This document shows positions 9,259 through 18,235 of a DNA stretch of 64,000 bases, piece by piece. This DNA is from an uncultured Pseudomonadales bacterium (lineage in GTDB: Bacteria > Patescibacteriota > Microgenomatia > UBA1400 > PJMF01), in NCBI GenBank assembly GCA_964650185.1, contig CAZYRN010000006.1:168-64167 (forward strand), read 5' to 3'. Every line of letters begins with the position of its first letter. The first letter of the stretch is position 1. The notes beneath the pieces were generated by a model. The model was not told the origin of the DNA. It saw nothing but the letters and a program-made list of their open reading frames with translations, and made no database searches. The translations under genes and the position numbers were made by a program.

Positions 9259-10326
9259 ATGGAACGTGTCAAAGTAGCGATTATTGGCAGTGGACCGGCT
9301 GGTTACACGGCGGCTCTCTATAATGCTCGAGCCAATTTAGCACCAGTTTTATTTGCTGGCCAAAAAAGCGGCGGCCAGCTGATGTGGACGACGGTGATTG
9401 AAAACTATCCTGGTTTTGAACATGGGATTGAGGGTCCGAAGCTGATGATGGAGATGCGGCAGCAAGCCGCTCGCTTTGGCGCGGATATCCGTGATCAGTA
9501 CATTACTGCGGTAGATTTTTCTGCCAGACCTTTCAAACTGTGGACTAGTATTCCTGAGGGAGCGACTGGTGAAGAGTTTGAGAGTGCTGATGCAGCAACT
9601 TTGAAGAAATATCAGCAGCAGATCAGGCAAAATGAGCCGGAAATTGAGGCAGAAGCAGTGATTGTAGCGACTGGCGCGGTGTCACGGCGGCTGACTATTC
9701 CGGGTGAGTCTGAGTTTTTTGGTCGAGGTGTGAGCACTTGTGCGGTCTGTGACGCAGCTTTTTTCAAAGAGAAAGTCACTTTTGTGGTTGGTGGCGGCGA
9801 TAGTGCTATGGAAGATGCGCTGGCTTTAACTAGACATGCTAAAGAAGTGCACATTATTAATCGCGGCGATAAGTTGCGAGCCAGCAAAATTATGCAGGAG
9901 CGGGTGTTGGCTAGTGAGAAAGTTAAAGTGTGGTGGAATACCCAGGTGAAAGCGGTCCTGGGAGAGCAGCTGGTGACAGGTTTGCGGCTGGTTCAGGATG
10001 GCAAAGAACAGGAAGTTCGGGCTGACGGCATGTTTTTAGCGATTGGCCATAAGCCAGTCACGACCATTTTTGGTCAGCAATTGGAACTGGATGCGCAAGG
10101 CTATGTAGTCACCCGCCAAAGTGCTTCTCAGCCAGGTGTAGTGGCAGCGCAAGCGGCGCTCAATGAAGAAGGTTTAGTATCTTTACCCACCATGACCTCA
10201 GTGGAAGGCGTTTTTGCTGGCGGTGATGTGGTGGATATTTGCTATCGGCAGGCGATTACGGCTGCTGGTCAGGGTTGTGCCGCTGCACTTGATGCAGAGC
10301 GATGGTTGGAAAGACAAGTCAGTTAG
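9259..10326 (+). CDS. trxB: Thioredoxin-disulfide reductase
   Basis: GSGPAG, ENYPG, CAVCD, GGGDSA and GDV...RQAITAAG motifs. Confidence 0.96.
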   Translation: MERVKVAIIGSGPAGYTAALYNARANLAPVLFAGQKSGGQLMWTTVIENYPGFEHGIEGPKLMMEMRQQAARFGADIRDQYITAVDFSARPFKLWTSIPEGATGEEFESADAATLKKYQQQIRQNEPEIEAEAVIVATGAVSRRLTIPGESEFFGRGVSTCAVCDAAFFKEKVTFVVGGGDSAMEDALALTRHAKEVHIINRGDKLRASKIMQERVLASEKVKVWWNTQVKAVLGEQLVTGLRLVQDGKEQEVRADGMFLAIGHKPVTTIFGQQLELDAQGYVVTRQSASQPGVVAAQAALNEEGLVSLPTMTSVEGVFAGGDVVDICYRQAITAAGQGCAAALDAERWLERQVS

Positions 10327-10377
10327 ACAGCAGTCAGTTAAGTCAGTTAGACAAACGAGCTAGAAAGGCCCAAAAAT

Positions 10378-11676
10378 ATGAATCAGCACCAGATTGCGAT
10401 TAAGCAGTTAGATCAGGTCGTGGAGCAACTGCGGCCGGCATATAAAAATCAGCCGGAGCAGTTTGAGCGAGCCGTTGAGCTGTTAAAACAGCCTCAGCAA
10501 GTGATGGAAGCTGAGCTGGAGATCGAGATGGATGATGGCTCTCAGCAAAAATTTACCGCTTTTCGCGCGCAGCATAATAATGCCCGCGGACCTTACAAAG
10601 GCGGGATTCGTTTTCATCCGCAGGTAACGAGAGAAGAAGTGGTGGCCCTCTCGACTTGGATGACTTGGAAGTGTGCGGTGACTGGTATCCCCTACGGCGG
10701 TGCTAAAGGCGGGATAGCGGTTGATCCCACCCAATTAAGTGAACAGGAGCTGCAGCGATTAAGCCGGGCTTATGCCAGGTTTGTCGCCCCCCAGGTGGGT
10801 CCTTGGGTTGATGTCCCTGCTCCAGACATGAACACTAACGGTCAGATTATGGCGTGGATGATTGATGAGCTGCAGCAGCTGCAGCCGACCGCTCAAGAAA
10901 ATCTCCTAGCTGCTTTTACCGGCAAGCCCATTGAGCTAGGCGGTTCTCAGGGCCGAGAAGAAGCCACTGGCTTAGGCGGTGTTTTTGTTTTAGAAAAATT
11001 CATGAAGAAAATAGGCAAAAAACGGCCCCAAGATGTGACCATTGCGGTCCAGGGCTTTGGCAATGTCGGCTACTGGTTTGCTTATCATGCTGATCGGCTG
11101 GGTTACAAGATTGTGGCAGTGTCAGATTCTCGAGGCGGTATTTATGTCGAAAACGGCTTAGATCCGGCTAAAACCCTTGAGTGCAAGCGCGATCATGGCC
11201 AGTTAGGTGAGTGTCATTGTGATGATCAAGGTTGCAGACTGGGCAAAGGCCAGCCACTGACTAATGATGAACTCCTCGAGCTGGAAGTGGATGTGCTAGT
11301 GCCGGCAGCTTTAGAAAATGTCATCAATCAGGAGAATGCGGCCAAGCTTAAGGCTCATGCGGTGTTGGAGATGGCTAATGGTCCCACTACCCCTGAAGCT
11401 GATCAAATTTTACGCGATCAAAAGATCACTTTAATTCCAGACGTCTTGGCTAACGCCGGCGGAGTTACCACCTCATATTTTGAGTGGGTGCAAAATCTGC
11501 AGGGTTACTACTGGACACATGAGGAAGTGGTGAGTAAACTACAGCCGCTGATGGAAACTGCCTTCGAGCAGGTCTGGAAAATTCAAGAGCAGTATCACGT
11601 TGATGGGCGGACCGCCGCTTACATGTTAGCCGTCAAAAAAGTGATTGATGCCATGGTTCTTCGAGGCCGGGTTTAA
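10378..11676 (+). CDS. gdhA: Glu/Leu/Phe/Val dehydrogenase (glutamate dehydrogenase)
   Basis: GPYKGGIRFHP, GGAKGG, DVPAPD, QGFGNVG and NAGGVTTSYFEW motifs. Confidence 0.93.
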   Translation: MNQHQIAIKQLDQVVEQLRPAYKNQPEQFERAVELLKQPQQVMEAELEIEMDDGSQQKFTAFRAQHNNARGPYKGGIRFHPQVTREEVVALSTWMTWKCAVTGIPYGGAKGGIAVDPTQLSEQELQRLSRAYARFVAPQVGPWVDVPAPDMNTNGQIMAWMIDELQQLQPTAQENLLAAFTGKPIELGGSQGREEATGLGGVFVLEKFMKKIGKKRPQDVTIAVQGFGNVGYWFAYHADRLGYKIVAVSDSRGGIYVENGLDPAKTLECKRDHGQLGECHCDDQGCRLGKGQPLTNDELLELEVDVLVPAALENVINQENAAKLKAHAVLEMANGPTTPEADQILRDQKITLIPDVLANAGGVTTSYFEWVQNLQGYYWTHEEVVSKLQPLMETAFEQVWKIQEQYHVDGRTAAYMLAVKKVIDAMVLRGRV

Positions 11677-11721
11677 AAAAACCCTTCTATCCTCTATAAT
11701 AGATAGATTGTAAACCTTATT

Positions 11722-12831
11722 ATGGCCCAAAAAAAAGATTCCTCCAAACTACCCAAAGCACTGCAGGAAGCAGTCAAAGAGCTAACCGCCACCGCCAAGG
11801 GGCAGGGTTATGTGACTCAAGACGAAGTCCTAGATGTGTTTGTTGAACCAGAAGAGTATTTAGCAGCCGTTGATGATTTTTATGACACCATCATTCAAGA
11901 AGGGGTCGATATTTTCGAGTCGACCTCAGTTGAAGATAGTGATGATGAAGGCTCCGATCTAACTCGAGAGCTGGAAGAGTTGTCTTCACTTGAAGGCAGC
12001 GGCGTGTCTGATCCCGTCCGGATGTACTTAAAAGAGATTGGCCGGATTAATCTGCTGACCCGAGAAGAAGAGATTAGATTAGCTCAGCAAGTGGAAGTGG
12101 GAGATGCGAAAGCCAAGCAGCAGCTGATTGATGCTAACTTGCGGTTAGTCGTGTCTATTGCCAAGAAGTACATCGGCCGCGGCATGACCTTTTTAGATTT
12201 AATTCAAGAAGGCAATAAAGGCTTAATTAGAGCCGTCGAGAAGTTTGACTGGACTAAAGGCTTTAAGTTTTCTACTTATGCAACGTGGTGGATTCGCCAG
12301 GCGATTACTCGGTCGATTGCGGATCAAGCCAGAACAATTAGAATTCCCGTCCATATGGTCGAGACGATTAACAAACTGATGAGGACTTCAAGAAAGCTGA
12401 TGCAGGAGATTGGCCGCGAGCCGACCCCAGAAGAGATTGGCGAGGTGATGGAGATGGATGAGGAGAAAGTGCGGGAGATCTTGAAAATTGCCCAGAATAC
12501 CACTTCTCTGGAAGCGCCGGTGGGCGATGGAGAAGATGACAGCACCTTAGGCGACTTTATTGCCGATGACCGGCAGAAGTCTCCCTATGATGTGACCACT
12601 GAGCAGATGCTGAAAGAAAATGTTGAGGAAGTGTTGAGTGCTTTGTCAGATCGGGAAGCGAAAGTGCTCAAGATGAGATTTGGCTTAAATGATAACAAGA
12701 TGATGACGCTGGAAGAAGTCGGCCGCAAGTTCGGCGTGACGCGGGAGCGGATTCGGCAGATTGAAGCCAAAGCGCTGCGGAAGCTGAAGCATCCGTCTCG
12801 GAGAAAGAAGTTGCAGGATTTCTTGGAGTAG
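11722..12831 (+). CDS. rpoD: RNA polymerase primary sigma factor
   Basis: [38 protein letters not shown] and [10 protein letters not shown]. Confidence 0.98.
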   Translation: MAQKKDSSKLPKALQEAVKELTATAKGQGYVTQDEVLDVFVEPEEYLAAVDDFYDTIIQEGVDIFESTSVEDSDDEGSDLTRELEELSSLEGSGVSDPVRMYLKEIGRINLLTREEEIRLAQQVEVGDAKAKQQLIDANLRLVVSIAKKYIGRGMTFLDLIQEGNKGLIRAVEKFDWTKGFKFSTYATWWIRQAITRSIADQARTIRIPVHMVETINKLMRTSRKLMQEIGREPTPEEIGEVMEMDEEKVREILKIAQNTTSLEAPVGDGEDDSTLGDFIADDRQKSPYDVTTEQMLKENVEEVLSALSDREAKVLKMRFGLNDNKMMTLEEVGRKFGVTRERIRQIEAKALRKLKHPSRRKKLQDFLE

Positions 12832-12911
12832 GTGACAGCAGATTAGCTGGCGTTTTCGGCCGCAAGTTGATAAAATAAGCCAGCTGTTTAACAAGCAGAA
12901 GTTAGAGAAGA

Positions 12912-12986
12912 TCCCCGGTAGCTCAATGGCAGAGCAGGAAGCTGTTAACTTCAAGGTTGTAGGTTCGAATCCTACCCGGGGAGCCA
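12912..12986 (+). tRNA. tRNA-Asn (GTT)
   Basis: Cloverleaf: TCCCCGG/CCGGGGA acceptor stem, GCTC/GAGC D stem, CT-GTT-AA anticodon loop, GTAGG-TTCGAAT-CCTAC T arm and encoded CCA. Confidence 0.96.
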
Positions 12987-13712
12987 GATGGGACGCAGAG
13001 GCAACAAAGCGTCCTTTTTTGTTGAACTGTCGGGCAATTCTTGATGTTCGAAAGTTTCTTTTTCCAAACCCTCCAAATTTTCCACTTTAGAACAATTTGT
13101 TTGACTTACTGCCTCAGACAGGATCTTAAAGGCTCGGGAGTACTCCCAGCTGAGTTTTCCTTCGTCTAAAATTAGTTTCTTGAAGACTAGCCTAATCAGA
13201 GCGCGTTGTTCGTCCAACATCTCCTTCTTTTTGGCGGTTAAGTAAATTTCTTTAGCTCGTTGTGAGAGTTCATAGAGATTAATGCCTAAGTTGAGATAGC
13301 CGGTGCTGGCGGTAGAGTGTCTCTTTATTGTCTCGGTCAATTCGTCTTTTTCTTTGGAGTACTGTTTAAACTTGCGATTATAAAACTCCTGGGTGATCTT
13401 TTCATCGAGTTTGTCGTCGTATAACTTGTCCATTCGTTTGCTGACAGCCTCGTAGCGAGTTTCCAGCTCGCCGACGGTACTATTGTGGTACTCGACTTCG
13501 TCCCGGTGGCTTTCTTTGAGAGCCTTTTTGAGCCATTCGGTTACTCGCTTGTTTTTGATCCTCAAATTCTCAAAGCCAGCTATGAGCTGTTCTTCGGTCC
13601 ATGGCTCTTTGACCCACGTTTTCTGGGGACATTTGTTGTAATGGTTACAGTGGTCATAGCGATGACCTCGGTGAAGTTCCCAAGTAATCAGTCCTTTACA
13701 GGTCACGCCCAC
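12972..13712 (-). pseudogene. C-terminal half of a large serine recombinase (Zn ribbon remnant + coiled coil); catalytic N-terminus missing
   Basis: C-KGLITWE..GH.Y.HC....C Zn-ribbon remnant and LYDDKLD..I..EFY coiled coil. The last codons WLPG* are encoded antisense by the tRNA 3' end. Confidence 0.8.
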
Positions 13713-13979
13713 ACCTTACCAGCAGACATGAAAGCAGTTCTTACTGCTGACCCTAAACTGCTTGAAATCTGGGAAGATCTGACTCCACTAGCGCGCAACG
13801 AGTGGATTTGCTGGACGATCTCAGTAAAAAAGCCAGAGACCAGACAAAAACATCTCGACAGATTACAGAGTGATATGAAGTCTGGCCACCGCCGGCCGTG
13901 CTGCTGGTACGGCTGCATTCATCGGCAGGATAAAAAGGTTAGTCCATCGGTAAAAAATTTGGTGTTAAAGAAGAAGTAA
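13709..13979 (+). pseudogene. YdeI/OmpD-associated family protein, probably 5'-truncated
   Basis: HTLPAD...WEDLTPLARNEWICW..SVKKPETR...G.RRPCCW.GC.HR. The upstream part of ORF 13485 is only the antisense of the recombinase. Confidence 0.7.
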
Positions 13980-14124
13980 CATCGAACGTTTCTGAAGTAT
14001 GTGCTTCATCATCTAAGAGCACTTTTTGCAGAATGCGTGATACAGCTCCAGTCAGAGCGCCAGCAGAAGACAACCATAGCCAGGTTATAAGATTTTTTCA
14101 AGTAGGTTAATGCAATCAACTGAT

Positions 14125-15120
14125 CTAGTCATGATATGTAGGTGATATTTGTTCCAAACCTTGGTCAATCATCCTTATTAGTAATGTTAGTTGGCGTCGA
14201 TTATGGCGAAGATGAAGATAATATTGAGCCAACTCCAAAGAGGCCGAGTGCCGTTTAGCTTCATATGATGGGTCTAGTAATTTATCAATCTTAGCTTTCC
14301 AAGAGTTCAACCTAGGTAGCTTGGTCTCCACATGATCATAACCTTCCCGCGTGAGTAAAACTAGCTCAGCTAATTTTGATCTGAGCGCAGAGATAATTTT
14401 CATAATCATTTGAAATTGAGGATCCTCCAGTCCAACAAAAATTCTCTGAGCTATATCAAGGTTTGCCTGCTGTTCTGGTGAGAGTTGTTTTTGTTGTTCA
14501 AGCTCATTTTTCATCATCTTCATATAATTTTCAGGATTACCGAGGATGTTCAAGCAATAAGCTTGATGTCGATCTACTAGTAATGCTTTGATTACATAAT
14601 AAGCCTTGGTTCCAGTTTCAAGAAATTCTTCGAAAAATATCCAATTTGCTGCTTTGTTGTCTTTAAAGTCAGGCACTCGCTCATTAGCAAGATCAATTAA
14701 AAAATCTACTCCTTGTTCATTTAGTTGTTCTTCCTTTTCCATCCCAGCTCGACGTGTATTCCAAATTTCATATTTATTATAAAGAGCATTATTTTCAGCT
14801 GGATCAAGCAACACAACCACACCACGTTTGAGTGGATGATCTTCAGGTAATAATCGCTGAAAATGTTTCCAGAGCACTTCAGCAATCATGCGGCTACGAC
14901 CACCAATCAGGATTATGACAGGTTGGTCTGGATTAAGTTCTAATTGGGAGGTTTTATTAGCTAAACTTTTCAAAGCCTCGTCAAGATGGTTAATAAACTC
15001 AGGGAATTGTGCAGATTCTATGAACAGTTTTAGTTCTAGAAATGGTTTGATTAAATTTTCGGGATCAGGGGTAAGAGCAGTTTTAATGTCAGGAGTTGTT
15101 TCAACAGCAGGATTTGTCAC
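14125..15120 (-). CDS. Hypothetical protein with a possible phosphoribosyltransferase-like core
   Basis: 331-aa ORF; IILIGGRSR and WIFFEEFLETGTK resemble the PRTase PPi loop and PRPP motif. Confidence 0.5.
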   Translation of the reverse strand: MTNPAVETTPDIKTALTPDPENLIKPFLELKLFIESAQFPEFINHLDEALKSLANKTSQLELNPDQPVIILIGGRSRMIAEVLWKHFQRLLPEDHPLKRGVVVLLDPAENNALYNKYEIWNTRRAGMEKEEQLNEQGVDFLIDLANERVPDFKDNKAANWIFFEEFLETGTKAYYVIKALLVDRHQAYCLNILGNPENYMKMMKNELEQQKQLSPEQQANLDIAQRIFVGLEDPQFQMIMKIISALRSKLAELVLLTREGYDHVETKLPRLNSWKAKIDKLLDPSYEAKRHSASLELAQYYLHLRHNRRQLTLLIRMIDQGLEQISPTYHD

Positions 15121-15165
15121 AGTTTTTTTAGGAATTAGTTATCTAATTTGCCAGAGTAGAAAATA

Positions 15166-15543
15166 TTAATGCTCTTCAGCGGCTTCAGCCTCAGCCTTAG
15201 TCTGATGGATGGTGCCATCTGGATGATGGGGTGGTGAGTAGATGGTGTAGAGTTGTAGTGGCTGACTATCAGAACTGTTGATGACATTATGCTCTGTCCC
15301 AGCGGGAACAATAAAAGCATCATCGTCCTGAATTGAGCGTGCCTCGCCGTTCATCACGACTTGGCCAGTGCCGGCTTCAACGCGAAAAAACTGGTCCTCA
15401 TGTTCATGAACTTCAAGACCGATCTCTTCTTTCGGTTGGAGTGTCATGACTACTAATTGTGAGTGTCGGCCGGTATATAAAACACGGCGAAAGTGGTTGT
15501 TATCAAGCGTCAACCGCTCGATGTTGTCGAGAAATCCTGTCAT
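15166..15543 (-). CDS. Cupin-domain protein
   Basis: EEIGLEVH..EDQF, VPAGTEHN and YTIYSPPHH motifs; ATG 15543 follows TATGAT. Confidence 0.9.
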   Translation of the reverse strand: MTGFLDNIERLTLDNNHFRRVLYTGRHSQLVVMTLQPKEEIGLEVHEHEDQFFRVEAGTGQVVMNGEARSIQDDDAFIVPAGTEHNVINSSDSQPLQLYTIYSPPHHPDGTIHQTKAEAEAAEEH

Positions 15544-15599
15544 ATTTCCATCATAGCGCAATTTTTAAATAAACACAGTAAGGTGAGCAGCAATTTGCC

Positions 15600-15806
15600 T
15601 CAATTTTTTCGATACTCCAAAATATCACCTGGCTGACACTCTAGTGCCTCACAGACTGCTTCCAGTGTGGAAAAGCGGATGGCTTTGGCGCGACCATTCT
15701 TTAAAATAGACAGATTAGCCATAGTAATGCCGACTTTTTCTGCTAGCTCGGTTAAGCTCATCTTACGTTTAGCTAGCATCACATCGAGATTGACGATAAT
15801 AGACAT
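15600..15806 (-). CDS. XRE/Cro-type HTH regulator (YozG-like)
   Basis: LAEKVGITMANLSILKNGRAKAIRFSTL...CQPGDIL. Confidence 0.92.
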   Translation of the reverse strand: MSIIVNLDVMLAKRKMSLTELAEKVGITMANLSILKNGRAKAIRFSTLEAVCEALECQPGDILEYRKN

Positions 15807-15812
15807 AATTCC

Positions 15813-16304
15813 TTAAATGGTTAGTTCCTGGTCTTTCTGTAATTCGATCGCTTCCTTTAAAAGTTTTTCTAATACTGCTAAAAATATGGCAATAATGCTG
15901 GCGGTAAAAATTGCCAGACTTCCTAGAGTAATTAAAGGTGTCACATCCTCACTAGGATTGACTTGTTTAGCGAAAAAAATGACAGCTGTCACTCCTAAAA
16001 TCAGTAAGATATTAAAAACTAATGTACTGCGCTTGATAATCTGCAGTGCTTTTATTGATTGAAGTGAAAAGGCTTGATGGCGGCTAACAGCACTAACCAA
16101 GCGATGCGCTTGATAAAGTGCCGCAAAAATAGGACTAACTAATATCCAGGCGCCAATTAAATAGGGGTAGGCAGGAGGCGGATTAACTTTACCAACTGCT
16201 TCTTCTCGAGCTAGCTCTGGCAAAAGCACTACTAGAATAGTCAGGAGTGCTAAACCTAACAGATAAATGGCAGCTTTAGCGATACGAGATAGAGTTATTT
16301 TCAT
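15813..16304 (-). CDS. DUF2975 membrane protein
   Basis: 4 TM helices, AFS..SIKAL and C-terminal AIELQKDQELTI; lies upstream of the YozG-like HTH gene. Confidence 0.85.
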   Translation of the reverse strand: MKITLSRIAKAAIYLLGLALLTILVVLLPELAREEAVGKVNPPPAYPYLIGAWILVSPIFAALYQAHRLVSAVSRHQAFSLQSIKALQIIKRSTLVFNILLILGVTAVIFFAKQVNPSEDVTPLITLGSLAIFTASIIAIFLAVLEKLLKEAIELQKDQELTI

Positions 16305-16765
16305 ATAGTCAGCTCGCTGGTTGCTTTAAGTTGCAGCGCATCTTCAAACATGCGCTGAAGAACCGCTGCTAGGATGGCCATCATCAAGGGTGCAAAGGTA
16401 AAGATCAATCCCAGCAGCATCACCCCTGGAGCATCATCTCGGTCAGCTACTTGGTAAATATAGGGCAATCCCAGCGCGTACATACCGCTGATAAGCAGGG
16501 TCATAAATTTCAGTGAACGCAAGGAATTGATGGCGGCTTGAGAAAAAGCACGCCCAGCGTCGATTAGATTTAAGAGTTTAAAAGTGTGAATAATGCCAAG
16601 AAAAAAGGGGATGGCGGGGAAGTACATGCCGATTAACAAAGGTCGATACATGCCCGCCGTATCACTTCTAATTCCAGCTGGCAGGGCAAAGATGCAGAGC
16701 GTCAGAACTATCAGACTAATAAGCATGACTACCGATTTTAAAAATAAAGTTGAGCCGAGTTTCAT
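16301..16765 (-). CDS. DUF2975 membrane protein (tandem paralog)
   Basis: 4 TM helices, AFSQ, DDAPG and C-terminal ELTI. Confidence 0.85.
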   Translation of the reverse strand: MKLGSTLFLKSVVMLISLIVLTLCIFALPAGIRSDTAGMYRPLLIGMYFPAIPFFLGIIHTFKLLNLIDAGRAFSQAAINSLRSLKFMTLLISGMYALGLPYIYQVADRDDAPGVMLLGLIFTFAPLMMAILAAVLQRMFEDALQLKATSELTI

Positions 16766-16800
16766 GATTCTAGCCTTCGCAATTAATCATATCACTACTG

Positions 16801-16829
16801 ATTTTAATGGCTTATTTATCGAATGTCAA
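16801..16829 (-). promoter_or_regulatory. sigma70 promoter of the DUF2975-DUF2975-HTH operon
   Basis: Minus-strand TTGACA-17 nt-TAAAAT. The imperfect palindrome TTATCG-N5-CAATAA overlaps the -35 box (possible operator). Confidence 0.7.
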
Positions 16830-16854
16830 TAAATAAATATTGAAAAACGGTAAG

Positions 16855-17214
16855 TTAGTCAGATTCGGCGCGCTTCATTCTTCCGGCGATTTGGCCAGGG
16901 AGCATATTATATTCGGTGAATATTCCAAACAACTCCATGTTAAGTGTATAGCCGATTCGGTTTTCTAAAGTTTCAGTTCCACTTAAGCCAACTTCCACCA
17001 ATGCTTCACGAATCTGACGAATCCAACTCTGAATATTGATTAACTTGTTTTCTAGATTATTTATTTCTAAAAAGTCTGCAATTTCTTCCTTGGTTGTCAG
17101 ACCTTTTCGTTGGAAAAAAAGAACTAATAATTTTGCTTTCATGCCTCTTAAAACTATTTGTTTATTTTGGTATGTTAAGACCGCTTCTTCATCACTAATT
17201 TCTTGAACTATCAA
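16855..17214 (-). CDS. Stand-alone or truncated OmpR/PhoB-type winged-helix DNA-binding domain
   Basis: LLVLFF....TTKEEIADFL...IQSWIRQIREAL...IGYTL pattern; weak TTG start. Confidence 0.55.
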   Translation of the reverse strand: MIVQEISDEEAVLTYQNKQIVLRGMKAKLLVLFFQRKGLTTKEEIADFLEINNLENKLINIQSWIRQIREALVEVGLSGTETLENRIGYTLNMELFGIFTEYNMLPGQIAGRMKRAESD

Positions 17215-17222
17215 TCCTTCTT

Positions 17223-17405
17223 ATGACTACCGGCAGCGGTGTTAACTTAATTGGCAGCTGGTTTGGAACCAGACCAGATCGAGGCATTGCATTGGTTTTT
17301 ACCTTGACTGGTATCATTGGCTTAATCGTGACGGTATGGGTGAGTCGGTCACGGCCAACTCGGTTGCTTTCACAAGCCTATTTGGATCAGACGCAGCAGC
17401 CATAA
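17223..17405 (+). pseudogene. C-terminal fragment of an MFS transporter
   Basis: MTTGSG..LIGSWFGT.PDRGIALVF.LTGIIGL resembles the last helix region of DHA3-like MFS proteins; the rest of the gene is absent. Confidence 0.6.
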
Positions 17406-17480
17406 TAAATGGGGTATCGAGAATATCCACTAGCTCACAATCACCGACTGAGATTAAAAGTTTCGGCCAATTCTGAATTT

Positions 17481-18173
17481 TTAAATGACTCGGTTGGCAT
17501 AATCAATTGTTTGAAGATTAGATAACATCATTAGACTTCTCTCCAAAGCTTTTTTTTCTGCTTCTAATTGCTCAAGCTGACGCTGATCTGCTGTCATCAA
17601 TCTCTCAACTAATCCTTTTCCGAATTGAGCATTGGCTTGATTGGCGCTATAACCCTCATATGTATTCTTTTGAAACTGTTGTTGGGCACGCTGGTCATGC
17701 AAAGCCTGGGAACGAAGCTGCTTTTCTTTTTCCGTAATTTGATCAATTAACTCAATTAACTGCAGCTCAGCTTGAAGTAAAAGTTTTTCAAGCCAGATGC
17801 TAGCATCTTGAAGTTGTTCGCTTGCCACAGTTTCATTATGTACTAAGGCGAAATAAACAGCTAAGACAGCGATATTATGCCGATCATCAGCTTTCACCTC
17901 ACCAAAACTAGCGGACAAATTTTCTGCTGCTAAAAGCTGCTGGTTTTGATTCTGTGTCCAGAGGACAGCTTGTTCTAATTGAAGCAAAAATTGGTCATCA
18001 AAATAATTACTGGCAGCGAACTCTGCTAAAGCCTGCGCTAAGATTCCCTCCTGAGTTGGCTGAGGTGCGACTCCAAATTCTCTTGCCATCGCCGTTGGAT
18101 TAGCATACTTTTTAAAAGCATACTCGCCCTCTACAGTTTCAGGTACGACCATACTGATTACTTCTCCAGGCAT
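17481..18173 (-). CDS. Hypothetical helical/coiled-coil protein downstream of a riboswitch
   Basis: Strong SD GAAAGGAGG before GTG/ATG (18176/18173); Q/E/L-rich C-terminus. Confidence 0.75.
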   Translation of the reverse strand: MPGEVISMVVPETVEGEYAFKKYANPTAMAREFGVAPQPTQEGILAQALAEFAASNYFDDQFLLQLEQAVLWTQNQNQQLLAAENLSASFGEVKADDRHNIAVLAVYFALVHNETVASEQLQDASIWLEKLLLQAELQLIELIDQITEKEKQLRSQALHDQRAQQQFQKNTYEGYSANQANAQFGKGLVERLMTADQRQLEQLEAEKKALERSLMMLSNLQTIDYANRVI

Positions 18174-18204
18174 CACTGCCTCCTTTCAAATTCGAGCGAG
18201 AGAT

Positions 18205-18227
18205 AAAAAAAGACTCCGAGAGGAGTC
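18205..18227 (-). terminator. Intrinsic terminator in the riboswitch expression platform
   Basis: Minus strand GACTCC-TCTC-GGAGTC followed by T7, located between the aptamer and the SD. Confidence 0.85.
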
Positions 18228-18235
18228 AGTAAACT

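Noticed and set aside
12585-12954. Short minus-strand ORFs over rpoD and the tRNA
   Set aside because: They are antisense to a conserved gene and a tRNA and carry no motifs. The same applies to the other short nested ORFs in the track.
13485-13708. N-terminal half of the 164-aa ORF 13485..13979
   Set aside because: It is the antisense shadow of the recombinase fragment; recognisable YdeI/OmpD similarity begins near 13709.
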